A program made the position numbers and the translations under genes. Positions 1 through 21,360 of a stretch of 64,000 nucleotides of DNA are shown here, piece after piece. The stretch comes from Malacoraja senta (taxonomy: Eukaryota), in assembly GCA_038087875.1 (NCBI GenBank), contig JAXLNO010000385.1, forward strand, positions 1 to 64,000, written 5' to 3'. Numbering within the stretch: the stretch's first letter is position 1; each line of letters starts with the position of its first letter. The notes beneath the pieces were generated by a model. It made no database searches. It saw only the letters and a program-made list of their open reading frames with translations, and had not been told where the DNA came from.

Positions 1-8517
<8,517 letters not shown>

Positions 8518-8638
8518 CTGGGGATTGAAATATCCCTGTATCAGAAAATTATATATTTGCTATATTCTGATATATATTTATCAAAGATTGATTGATAGAT
8601 AGATAGATATGGAGGAATACTGCCCAGAACAGGGGTGA

Positions 8639-8751
<113 letters not shown>

Positions 8752-8932
8752 TAGGGGGAAAGTGCAGAGAATCAATTTCTGAAAATGTTTCCTCTTTTTC
8801 AACTCTACAGATCGAAAGAATGAAGGAGGATAAAGGAACTTGATAAAGCCAATCCTGGATCTCACAGGCAATAAAGGCAGAATTAGACTGCGGTCAGTGA
8901 GTGAGTGAGTAAGTAAAAACACACAGTACAGT

Positions 8933-8957
<25 letters not shown>

Positions 8958-8964
<7 letters not shown>

Positions 8965-11900
8965 ACCATTACAGCACGGAAACAGGCCATCTCAGCCCTT
9001 CAAGTCCGTGCTTAACACTTTTTTTTCTTTCTTTTTTCCCTTCTTTCTTTTTTCTTCCCTCCCCCTAGTCCCATCTACCTGCACTCAGACCATAACCCTC
9101 CATTCCTTTCCCATCCATATACCCATCCAATCTATTTTCAAAGGATCAAATCGAACCTGCCTCCACCACTTCCACTGGAAGCTCATTCCACACAGCTACC
9201 ACTCTCTGAGTAAAACTGTTCCCCCTAATGTTACCCCTAAACTTCTGTCCCTTAATTCTCAACTCATGTCCCCTTGTTTGAATCTTCCCTACACTCAATG
9301 GGAAAAGGTTATCCACGTCAACTCTGTCTAACCCGCTCATCATTTTAAAGACCTCTATCAAGTCCCCCCTTAACCTTCTGCGCTCCAAAGAATAAAGACC
9401 TAACTTGTTCAACCTTTCTCTGTAACTTAGTTGCTGAAACCCAGGCAACATTCTAGTAAATCTCCTCTGTAATCTCTCTATTTTGTTGACATCCTTCCTA
9501 TAATTAGGCGACCAAAATTGTACTGCATACTCCAGAATTGGCCTCACCAATGCCTTGTACAATTTTAACATTACATCCCAACTTCTATATTCAATGCTCT
9601 GATTTATAAAGGCCAGCACACCAAAAGCTTTCTTTACCACCCTATCTGCATGAGATTCCACCTTCAGGGAACTATGCACAGTTATTCCTAGATCCCTCTG
9701 TTCAACTGCATTCCTCAATTCGCTACCATTTATCATGTACGTCCTATTTTGATTTGTCCTGCCGAGATGTAGCACTTCACATTTATCAGCATTAAAGGCC
9801 ATCTGCCATCTTTCAGCCCACTCTTCCAAATGGCCTAAATCTCTCTGTAGACTTTGAAAATCTACTTCATTATCCACAACACCAACCACCTATCTTAGGA
9901 TCATCTGCATACTTACTAATCCAATTTTCCACACCATCATCCAGATCATTGATGTACATGACAAACAACAGTGGACCCAACACACACAGACCCCTGAGGC
10001 ACCCCCCACTAGTCACCGGCCTCCAACCTGACAAACAGTCATCCACCATTACTCTCTGGCATCTCCCATTCAGCCACTGTTGAATCCATCTTGCTACTCC
10101 ACCATTAATACCCACCAATTGAATCTTCTTAAGCAACCTTCCATGAGGAACCTTGTCAAAGGCCTTACTGAAGTCCATATAGACAACATCCACTGCTTTA
10201 CCCTCATCAATTTCACTAGTAACCTCTTGGAAAAATTCAAGAAGATTAGTCAAACATGACCTTCCAGGCACAAATCCATGTTGACTGTTCCTAATCAGAC
10301 CCTGCTTATCCAGATGCTTATATATATTATCTCTAAGTATCCTTTCCATTAATTTGCCCACCACTGACGTTAAACTAACAAGTCTATAATTGCTAGGTTT
10401 ACTCTTAGAACCCTTTTTAAACAACGGAACAACATGCGCAGTACGCCAATCCTCCGTCACTATTCCCGTGTCTAATGACATTTGAAATATTTCTGTCATA
10501 GCCCCTGCTATTTCTACACTAACTTCCCTCAATGTCCTAGGGAATATCCTGTGAGGACCTGGAGACTTATCCGTTTTCATATTTTTGCAAAAGAGTCCGC
10601 ACCTCCTCTTCTTTGAATCTCCTAGTTTCCATTGCTACTCTGCTTGTTTCCCTTAGCTCACATAATTCAATATCCTTCTCCTTGGTGAATACCGAAGAAA
10701 AGAAATTGTTCAATATCTCCCCCATCTCTTTTGGCTCTGCAGATAGCTGTCCACTCTGACTCTCTAATGGACCAATGTTATTCCTTGTTATCCTTTTGCT
10801 ATTAATATAGCTGTTGAAACCCTTTGGATTCACTTTCACCTTACTTGCCAAAGCAACCTCATATCTTCTTTTAGCTTTTCTAATTTCTTTCTTAATATTC
10901 TTTTTACATTCTTTATACTCCTCAAGCACCTCATTTACTCCATGCTGCCTATAATTATTGTAGATCTCTCTCTTTTTCCGAACCAAGTGTCCAATTTCCC
11001 TTGAAAACCATGGCTTCTTTCCAATTTTTACTATTTCCTTTCAACCGAACAGTGACATAAAGATTGTGTACTCTTAAAATGTCACCTTTAAATGTCCTCC
11101 ATTTCTCTTCTACATCCTTCCCATAAAACAACATGTTCCAATTCACTCCTTTTCAATCCTTTCGCATATCCTCAAAGTTAGCCTTTCTCCAATCAAAACT
11201 CTCAACCCCAGGTCCAGTTCTGACCCTCTCCATAATTATATTGAAACTAATGGTATTGTGATCACTGGACCCGAAGTGCTCCCCAACGCATACCTCTGCC
11301 AACTGCCCTGTCTCATTTCCTAACAGGAGGTCCAGCACTGCCCCTTCTCTAGTAGGTACCTCTATGTATTGCTGCAAAAAACTATCCTGCACACATTTTA
11401 CAAACTCCAAACCATCCAGCCCTTTTACAGAATGTGTTTCCCAGTCTATGTGTGGAAAATTGAAATCTCCCACAATCACTACCTTGTGCTTACTACTAAT
11501 ATCTGCTATTTCCTTACATATTTGCTCTTCCAATTCTCGCTCCCCATTTGGCGGTCTATAATACACCCCTATAAGTGTTGCTACACCTTTCCCATTTCTC
11601 AGTTCCACCCAAATAGCCTCCCTAGATGAGCCCTCTAATCTATCCTGCCAAAGCACTGATGTAATATCTTCCTTGACAAGCAATGCAACACCCCCACCTC
11701 TTGCCCCTCCAATTCTATCACCCCTGAAGCAACGAAATCCTGGAATATTTAGTTTCCAATCACAGCCCTCCTGCAACCATGTTTCACTGATCGCCACAAC
11801 ATCATACTTCCAGGTGTCAATCCAGGCTCGAAGCTCATCCACCTTTCTTACAATGCTCCTAACATTAAAATATACACATTTAAGAAACCCACCACCACAT

Positions 11901-12530
11901 ATTCTCTGTTTATTATCTTTTTCTTCTTTCTCCCCTACATTTTGGGTCCGAGTGCTTCCCTTCTCTGCCTCCTGCCTCCCACATATTCTACTAGCTTTCT
12001 CTATTTGAGTCCCTCCCCCAACCGTTCTAGTTTAAAGTCTCCCCAATAGCCTTTGCAAATCTCCCTGCCAAGATATTTTATCCCCCTCGGGTTCAAGTGC
12101 AACCCCGTCCTATCTGTACAGGTCACACATTCCCCAAAAGAGGTCCCAATGATCCAGAAATTTGAAACCCTGCCCGCTGCACCAGTTCCTCAGCCATGCA
12201 TTTATCCTCCACCTCATTCCATTCCTACTCTCACTGTGGCGTGGCACAGGTAGTAATCCTGAGATTGTTACCTTTGCGGTCCTTCTCCTTAACTCTCCTC
12301 CCAAATCCCTAAATTCTCCTTTCAGGACATCTTCTCTTTTTCTGCCTTTGTCATTGGTACCTATATGTACCACGACCTCAGGCTCCTCTCCCTCCGATTT
12401 CAGGATATCTTGGACGCGTTCAGACACATCCCTGACCCTGGCACCAGGGAGGCAAACTACCCACCGGGTCTCCTGACTGCGTCCACAGAATCGCCTATCC
12501 GACCCCCTAACCATAGAGTCCCCTATTACT
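8958..12530 (-). mobile_element. CR1-clade LINE, 5'-truncated within ORF1, frameshifted (inactive)
   Basis: Colinear minus-strand ORF fragments: SGNH-esterase-like ORF1 (VIGDSMVR...PGAR...VVHIGTND, 12110-12535); APE endonuclease (DVVAISETW, GVYYRPP, VGDFN, SDHN, 11153-11842); RT (YRLVSLTS, QHGF, DFSKAFDKV, YINDL, YADD, 9870-10580); CR1 C-terminus (LEYAVQFWSP, RRRLRGDLIE, TRGH, 9146-9889); short 3' UTR ending in a simple repeat. Confidence 0.95.
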
Positions 12531-13010
12531 TCCACTTTTAATTTTAATCTTCCAATTCCAATCTTCCACTTTTTATTTGTCTACAGATCTCAAGAATGAA
12601 GGAAGGAGGATAAAGGAGCTTGGATACTCGATCCTGGATCTCACAGGCAGATAGGCAATGAAGGGAGAATTCTGGTGAGATGAGTAAAAACACACACACA
12701 CACACACACTCACACACACAGTCCTAAACAGGGTGGGGAATGTGTGCAGGCAGGCAGGCAATGAAGAGAGGAAAAATACTGTGTGTGGTGAGGTTTAATA
12801 CTTACAGAGGGTGAAACTACAAGTGGCAGAGGGAGGAGAGAGAGAGAGAGCATTTTTGCCGTTTTTCCCACTGTGGGATGAAGTGCGGTGAGGTGAGGTG
12901 AGGTGAGCGAGTACATACAGGGGGGAAACTACAAGAGGGAGATATTTTGACTTTTTTCCTCTTGATTTTTCTATAGATCGGAACAATGAAGGAGGATATA
13001 TGAGCAGGCG

Positions 13011-13042
<32 letters not shown>

Positions 13043-13320
13043 GGAAAACAAAGAATTTTGCTCTGAAAATGGAGTCAAGTTGTATTAAAGTGTGTCTTCC
13101 AATGAAATAAAAATAAATTCATCAAATCAAACACTTGATTCTTATGATGATTATGATCATCACACACTGAGGCTTGAGGGCCAGTAAAGGCCTGATGAGC
13201 CTTAGGGACACCTCCTGGTCTACTCCAGATGACTGATGGGCCGAGGAGACACTTTAAAATAAAATTTAAAGAAATTCTGTGGAATCTGAGTGAAGTGAGA
13301 AGTGAGTGGACCCCCCCCCC

Positions 13321-13348
13321 CTCTCTCTCTCTCTCTATCTCTCTCTCG

Positions 13349-13410
<62 letters not shown>

Positions 13411-13481
13411 CTCTCTCTCTCTATCTCTGTCTCTCTCTATCTCTGTCTCTCTCTCTATCTCTGTCTCTCTCTCTCTCTCTC
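13321..13481. repeat. (CT)n pyrimidine microsatellite
   Basis: Seen directly. Confidence 0.95.
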
Positions 13482-13795
13482 GGGATTGAATGACCCTTGT
13501 GCAACACAGAATGTGTGGAGGCTCGCGATTCTAGGGTGGCTGAACGAGAGGGGGTTCAATTGACGGGTGGATTTGATTGTGTGTGTGTGTGTACAACTAA
13601 GAACACTCTGATGTCATTTTGAAACAATGTATGAACTTGACCGAGGGACTTGCCAATGCTTGGCCTGTGCAGCTGGTCCACAGGTCGAAGGCAGGTCGGA
13701 TCCAAGACCAAGATCAGTGGGTGGGTGGGTCAGTGGGTGCTGCAGCCTTTGCTGTTTATTTTATATTTTCATGGCTTGGATGTGAATGTAGAAGG

Positions 13796-13796
<1 letters not shown>

Positions 13797-13884
<88 letters not shown>

Positions 13885-13941
13885 CGTGTGTGTGCATGTG
13901 TGTGTGTGTGTGTGTGTGCGTGTGTGTGTGTGTGTGTGTGT

Positions 13942-14018
<77 letters not shown>

Positions 14019-14044
14019 TGCGTGTGTATGTGTGTGTGTGTGTG

Positions 14045-14128
<84 letters not shown>

Positions 14129-14215
14129 TGTGTGTGTGTGTGTGTGCGTGCGTGTGTGCGTGTGTGTGCATGTGTGTGTGTGTGTGTGTGCGTGTGTGTG
14201 TGTGTGTGTGTGTGC

Positions 14216-14250
<35 letters not shown>

Positions 14251-14310
14251 TGTGTGTGTGTGTGTGTGTGTGCGTGCGTGTGTGCGTGTGTGTGCATGTG
14301 TGTGTGTGTG

Positions 14311-14349
<39 letters not shown>

Positions 14350-14355
14350 GTGTGT

Positions 14356-14450
<95 letters not shown>

Positions 14451-14480
14451 TGAGAGAGAGAGAGATAGAGAGAGAGAGAG
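13797..14480. repeat. Interrupted (TG)n array plus (AG)n, copy 1
   Basis: Seen directly; TGCG, TGCA and TGGG interruptions. Confidence 0.97.
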
Positions 14481-14562
14481 ATTAGGGTGCCTGCCTCTCT
14501 CTCTCCATCTCTCTGTCACTTTCTCTCTGTCACTCTCCCCCCTGTCTCCTCTCTGTCTCTCC

Positions 14563-15242
14563 CTCCAGCCAGTGTCCAGCGACCGGAGAAGCCAGTGTCC
14601 AGCGGCCGTAGTTGCCAGTGTCCAGCGGCTGGAGTAGCCAGTGTCCAGTGGCCGGAGAAGCCAGTGTCCAGCGGCTGGAGTAGCCAGTGTATCCAGTGTC
14701 CAGCGGCCGGAGAATCCAGTGTGCAGCGGTCGGAAAAGCCAGTGTCCAGCGGCCTGAGTAGCCAGTGTCCAGCGGCCGGAGTAGCCAGTGTCCAGTGGCT
14801 GGAGAAGCCAGTATCCAGCGGCCGGAGTAGCCAGTCTCCAGCGGCCGGAGATGTCAGTATCCAGCGCATGATGTAGCCAGTGTCCAGTGGCCGGAGAAGC
14901 CAGTATCCAGCGGACGAAGTAGCCAGTGTCCAGTGGCTGGAGAAGCCAGTGTCCACTGCCGGAGAATCCAGTGTCCAGCGGCTGCAGTAACCAGTGTAGC
15001 CAGTGTCCAGCGGCCGGAGAAGCCAGAGTCCAGCAGCCGGAGAAGCCAGTGTCCAGCGGTCGGAGTAGCCAGAGTCCAGCGGACGGAGTAGCCAGTGTCC
15101 AGTGGCCGGAGACGCCAGTGTCCAGCAGCCAGAGAAGCCAGTGTCCAGTGCCCGGAGAAGCCAGTGTCCAGCGGCCAGAGTAGGCAGTGTCCAGTGGCCG
15201 GAGATGCCAGTGTCCAGCGGCCGGAGTAGCCAGTGTCCAGCT

Positions 15243-15243
<1 letters not shown>
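14563..15243 (+). repeat. 23-bp GC-rich minisatellite (consensus GCCAGTGTCCAGCGGCCGGAG[A/T]A), first block
   Basis: Tandem units read directly; block is duplicated at about 16130-16805. Confidence 0.97.
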
Positions 15244-16048
<805 letters not shown>

Positions 16049-16129
16049 ATTAGGGTGCCTGCCTCTCTCTCTCCATCTCTCTGTCACTTTCTCTCTGTCA
16101 CTCTCCCCCTGTCTCCTCTCTGTCTCTCC

Positions 16130-19100
16130 CTCCAGCCAGTGTCCAGCGACCGGAGAAGCCAGTGTCCAGCGGCCGTAGTTGCCAGTGTCCAGCGGCTGGA
16201 GTAGCCAGTGTCCAGTGGCCGGAGAAGCCAGTGTCCAGCGGCTGGAGTAGCCAGTGTATCCAGTGTCCAGCGGCCGGAGAAACCAGTGTGCAGCGGTCGG
16301 AAAAGCCAGTGTCCAGCGGCCTGAGTAGCCAGTGTCCAGCGGCCGGAGTAGCCAGTGTCCAGTGGCTGGAGAAGCCAGTATCCAGCGGCCGGAGTAGCCA
16401 GTCTCCAGCGGCCGGAGATGTCAGTATCCAGCGCATGATGTAGCCAGTGTCCAGTGGCCGGAGAAGCCAGTATCCAGCGGACGAAGTAGCCAGTGTCCAG
16501 TGGCTGGAGAAGCCAGTGTCCACTGCCGGAGAATCAAGTGTCCAGCGGCTGCAGTAACCAGTGTAGCCAGTGTCCAGCGGCCGGAGAAGCCAGAGTCCAG
16601 CAGCCGGAGAAGCCAGTGTCCAGCGGTCGGAGTAGCCAGAGTCCAGCGGACGGAGTAGCCAGTGTCCAGTGGCCGGAGACGCCAGTGTCCAGCAGCCAGA
16701 GAAGCCAGTGTCCAGTGCCCGGAGAAGCCAGTGTCCAGCGGCCAGAGTAGGCAGTGTCCAGTGGCCGGAGATGCCAGTGTCCAGCGGCCGGAGTAGCCAG
16801 TGTCCAGCGGCTGGAGTAGCCAGTGTAGTCAGTGTCCGGTGGCCGAAGAAGCCAGTGTCCAGTGGCCGGAGTAGCCAGTGTCCAGCGGACGGATAGCCAG
16901 TGTCCAGCGGCCGGAGAAGCCAGTGTCCAGCAACCAGAGAAGCCAGTGTCCAGTGGCCGTAGAAGCCCGCGTCCAGCAGCCGGAGTAGCCAGTGTCTAGC
17001 GGTCGGAGAAGCCAGTGTCCAGCGGCCGGAGTAGCCAGTGTCCAGCTGCTGGAGTAGCCAGTGTAGCCAGTCCGGTGGCCGAAGAACCCAGTGTCCAGCG
17101 GCCGGAGAAGCCAGTGTCCAGCGGCTGGAGCAGCCAGTGTCCAGCGGCCGGGGAAGCCAGTGTCCTGCGGCCAGAGAAGCCAGTGTCCAGCGGCCGGAGA
17201 AGCCAGTGTCCAGCGGCCGCAGTAGCCAGTGTCCAGCGGCCGCAGAAGCCAGTGTCCAGCGGCCGGAGAAACCAGTTTCCAGCGGCTGGAGTAGCCAGTG
17301 TAGCCAGTGTCCAGCGGCCGTAGCCAGTGTCCAGAGGCCGAAGTAGCCAGTGTCCAGACGCCGGAGAAGCCAGTGTCCAGCGGCCGGAAAAGCCAGTGTC
17401 CCGCGGCGAGTGTCCAGTGGCAGAAGTAGCCAGTGTCCGGTGGCCAAGTAGCCAGTGGCTCCTCTGGCCGCTGGACACTGGCTCCGGCCACTGGCTTCTC
17501 CAGATACTGGACACTGGCTACTCCGGCCGCTGGACACTGGCTTCTCAGGCGACTGGACACTTGCTTCTCCGGTCGCTGGACAGTGGCTACAGTGGCTACT
17601 CCAGCCGCTGGACATTGGATGCACAGACATGATTCCAACATGCCTGTTTGAATTTGAGCTGTTTTTTAAATTTATTTTAGTGACCCTTCGGCCCAGCGGC
17701 TGGAGTAACCAGTGTCCAGCGGCCGTAGCCAGTGTCCAGAGGCCGAAGTAGCCAGTGTCCAGACGCCGGAGAAGCCAGTGTCCAGCGGCCGGAGAAGCCA
17801 GTGTCCAGCGGCGAGTGTCCAGTGGCAGAAGTAGCCAGTGTCCGGTGGCCAACGAAGCCAGTAGCCAGTGGCTCCTCCGGCCGCTGGATACTGGCTCCGG
17901 TCACTGGCTTCTCCAGATACTGGACATTGGCTACTCCGGCCGCTGTACACTGGCTTCTCAGGCGACTGGACTGGCTTCTCTGGCCGCTGGACACTGGCTT
18001 CTCCGGCCGCTGGACACTGGCTTCTCCGGTCGCTGGACACTGGCTACTCCGGCCGCTGGACACTGGCTGCTCTGGTCGTTGGACACTGGCTACTCCGGCC
18101 ACTGGACACTGGCTTCTCCGGCCACTGGACACTGGCTTCTCCGGCCACTGGACACTGGCTTCGCCGGCCGCTGGACACTGGCTTCTCTGGCCGCTAGACA
18201 CGGGCTTCTCCGCCCGCTGGACACTGGCTTCTCCGGCCGCTTGCTACTCCGGCCGCTGGACACTGGCTACTCTGGCCGCTGGCATCTCCGGCCGCCGGAC
18301 ACTGGCTTCTCCGGCCGCTGGACACTGGCTACAGTGGATACTCCAGCCGCTGGACACTGGCTTCTCCGGCCGCTGGACACTGGCTACTCCGGCCGCTGGA
18401 CACTGGCTTCTCCGGCCACTGTACAATGGTTTCGCCGGCCGCGCGACACTGGCTACTCTGGCCGCTGGCCATTGGATTCCCAGACATGATTCCAACATGC
18501 CTGTTTGAATTTGAGCTGTTTTTTAAATTTATTTTAGTGTCCCTTCGGCCCAGCGGCTGGAGTAACCTGTGTAGCCAGTGTCCAGCGGCCATAGCCAGTG
18601 TCCAGAGGCCGAAGTAGCCAGTGTCCAGACGCCGGAGAAGCCAGTGTCCAGCGGCCGGAGAAGCCAGTGTCCAGCGGCGAGTGTCCAGTGGCAGAAGTAG
18701 CCAGTGTCCGGTGGCCAACTAAGCCAGTAGCCAGTGGCTCCTCCGGCCGCTGGATACTGGCTCCGGTCACTGGCTTCTCCAGATACTGGACATTGGCTAC
18801 TCCGGCCGCTGTACACTGGCTTCTCAGGCGACTGGACTGGCTTCTCTGGCCGCTGGACACTGGCTTCTCCGGCCGCTGGACACTGGCTTCTCCGGCCGCT
18901 GGACACTGGCTACTCCGGCCGCTGGACACTGGCTGCTCTGGTCGTTGGACACTGACTACTCCGGCCACTGGACACTGGCTTTTCCGGCCACTGGACACTG
19001 GCTTCTCCGGCCGCTGGACACTGGCATCTCTGGCCGCTATACACTGGCTTATCCGGCCGCTGGACACTGGCTTCTCCGGCCGCTGGACACTGGCTTCTCC

Positions 19101-20925
19101 GGCCGCTGGACACTGGCTTCTCTGGCCGCCAGACACTGGCTTCTCCGGCCACTGTACAATGGCTTCGCCGGCCGCTGGACACTGGCTACTCTGGCCGCTG
19201 GCCATTGGATTCACAGACAGGATTCCATCATGCCTGTTTGAATTTGAGCTGTTTTTTTAAATTTATTTTAGTGTCCCTTCGGCCCAGCGGCTGGAGTAGC
19301 CAGTGTAGCCAGTGTCCAGCGTCCGTAGCCAGTGTCCAGAGGCCGAAGTAGCCAGTGTCCAGACGCCGGAGAAGCCAGTGTCCAGCGGCCGGAGAAGCCA
19401 GTGTCCAGTGACAGAAGTAGCCAGTGTCCGGTGGCCAAAGAAGCCAGTAGCCAGTGGCTCCTCCGGCCGCTGGACACTGGCTCCGGCCACTGGCTTCTCC
19501 AGATACTGGACACTGGCTACTCCGGCCGCTGGACACTGGCTTATCAGGCGGCTGGACACTGGCTTCTCTGGCCGCTGGACACTGGCTTCTCCGGCCATGG
19601 ACAGTGGCTACTCCGGCCGCTGGACACTGGCTGCTCTGGTCGTTGGACACTGGCTACTCCGGCCACTGGACACTGGCTTCTCCGGACGCTGGACACTGGC
19701 TTCTCTGGCCGCTAGACATTGGCTTCTCCGACCGCTGGACACTGGCGTCTCCGGCCGCTGGACACTGGCTACTCCGGCCGCTGGACACTGGCTACTCTGG
19801 CCGCTGGCATCTCCGGCCGCCGGACACTGGCTTCTCCGGCCGCTGGACACTGGCTACAGTGGCTACTCCAGCCGCTGGACACTGGCTTCTCCGGCCGCTG
19901 GACACTGGCTACTCCGGCCGCTGGACACTGGCTTCTCGGGCCACTGTACAATGGCTTCGCCGGCCGCTGCACACTGGCTACTCTGGCCGCTGGCCATTGG
20001 ATTCACAGACAGGATTCCATCATGCCTGTTTGAATTTGAGCTGTTTTTTAAATTTATTTTAGTGTCCCATCGGCCCAGCGGCTGGAGTAGCCAGTGTAGC
20101 CAGTGTCCAGCGGCCGTAGCCAGTGTCCAGAGGCCGAAGTAGCCAGTGTCCAGACGCCGGAGAAGCCAGTGTCCAACGGCCGGAGAAGCCAGTGTCCAGC
20201 GGCGAGTGTCCAGTGGCAGAAGTAGCCAGTGTCCGGTGGCCAAAGAAGCCAGTTGCCAGTGGCTCCTCCGGCCGCTGGACACTGGGTCCGGCCACTGGCT
20301 TCTCCAGATACTGGACACTGGCTACTCCGGCCGCTGGACACTGGCTTCTCAGGCGACTGGACACTGGCTTCTCTGGCCTCTGGACACTGGCTTCTCCGGC
20401 CGCTGGACTGGCTTCTCCGGTCGCTGGACACTGGCTACTCCGGCCGCTGGACACTGGCTGCTCTGGTCGTTGGACACTGGCTACTCCGGCCACTGGACAC
20501 TGGCTTTTCCGGCCACTGGACACTGGCTTCTCCGGCCACTGGACACTTGCTTCTCCGGCCGCTGTACACTGGCTTCTCTGGCCGCTAGACACTGGCTTCT
20601 CCGGCCGCTGGACACTGGCTTCTCCGGTCGCTGGCTACTCCAGCCGCTGGACACTGGCTACTCTGGCCGCTGGCATCTCCGGCCGCCGGACACTGGCTTC
20701 TCCGGCCGCTGGACACTGGCTACAATGGATACTCCAGCCGCTGGAGACTGGCTTCTCCGGCCGCTGGACACTGGCTACTCCGGCCGCTGGACACTGGCTT
20801 CTCCGGCCACTGTACAATGGCTTCGCCGGCCGCTGGACACTGGCCGCTGGATTCACAGACAGGATTCTATCATGCCTGTTTGAATTTGGGTTGTTTTTTT
20901 AATTTATTTTAGTGTCCCTTCGGCC
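16130..20925. repeat. 23-bp minisatellite arranged in higher-order fold-back units (forward arm, inverted arm, ~90-bp AT-rich linker)
   Basis: Orientation switches from GCCAGTGTCCAG to CTGGACACTGGC at about 17455, 17870, 18735, 19455 and 20260. Linker (GGAT.C.CAGACA.GATTC.A.CATGCCTGTTTGAATTTG...AATTTATTTTAGTG.CCC) recurs at about 17613, 18470, 19203, 19995 and 20849. Confidence 0.95.
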
Positions 20926-21360
20926 CATCAGGCCTGTACTAGACCCATTTAAAATGTCCCTTCGGCCCTGTACTAGGCCCATTGTGAAATGTTCCTTCTG
21001 CCCATCAGGCATATACCAGCCCCATGTTAAAAATGTCCCTTCGGCCCATCAGGCATGTACTAGCCCCATTTTAAAAACGTCCCCTCGGCCCATCAGGCAT
21101 GTACTAGCCCCATTTAAAAATGTCCCTTCTGCCCATCAGCCCTGTACTAGCCGCATTTTAAAATATCCCTTCCGCCCAGCAGGCCTGTACTAGCCCCCCA
21201 GCCGCCACCCATCCTTGTGTGTGCTGATCCTAATATCCCAGAGAATTTACCAATATTTGCCCCCCCCCAAAACTTTATTGTTTGTCCTTTCGGCCCATCA
21301 TACTAGCCAGACCTGGAGGTGAAACTTCGGCCCAGCAGGCCTGCACTGGCCCCCCCAGCC
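20912..21360 (+). repeat. 43-44-bp tandem repeat (GTCCCTTCGGCCCATCAGGCATGTACTAGCCCCATTTAAAAAT), degenerating distally
   Basis: Unit starts at about 21035, 21079, 21122 and 21165; dispersed copies to ~21360. Confidence 0.9.

Noticed and set aside
13140..13200. C/D-box snoRNA-like ATGATGA...CTGA, or hammerhead-like CTGATGAG
   Set aside because: Too short, no terminal stem, the C box is not kept in the inverted paralog (ATGATTA), and no GAAA box follows the CTGATGAG in either copy.
16130..21360. CRISPR-like appearance (regular repeats with a conserved linker)
   Set aside because: Eukaryotic context, no unique spacers (intervening DNA is itself repeat) and no cas genes.
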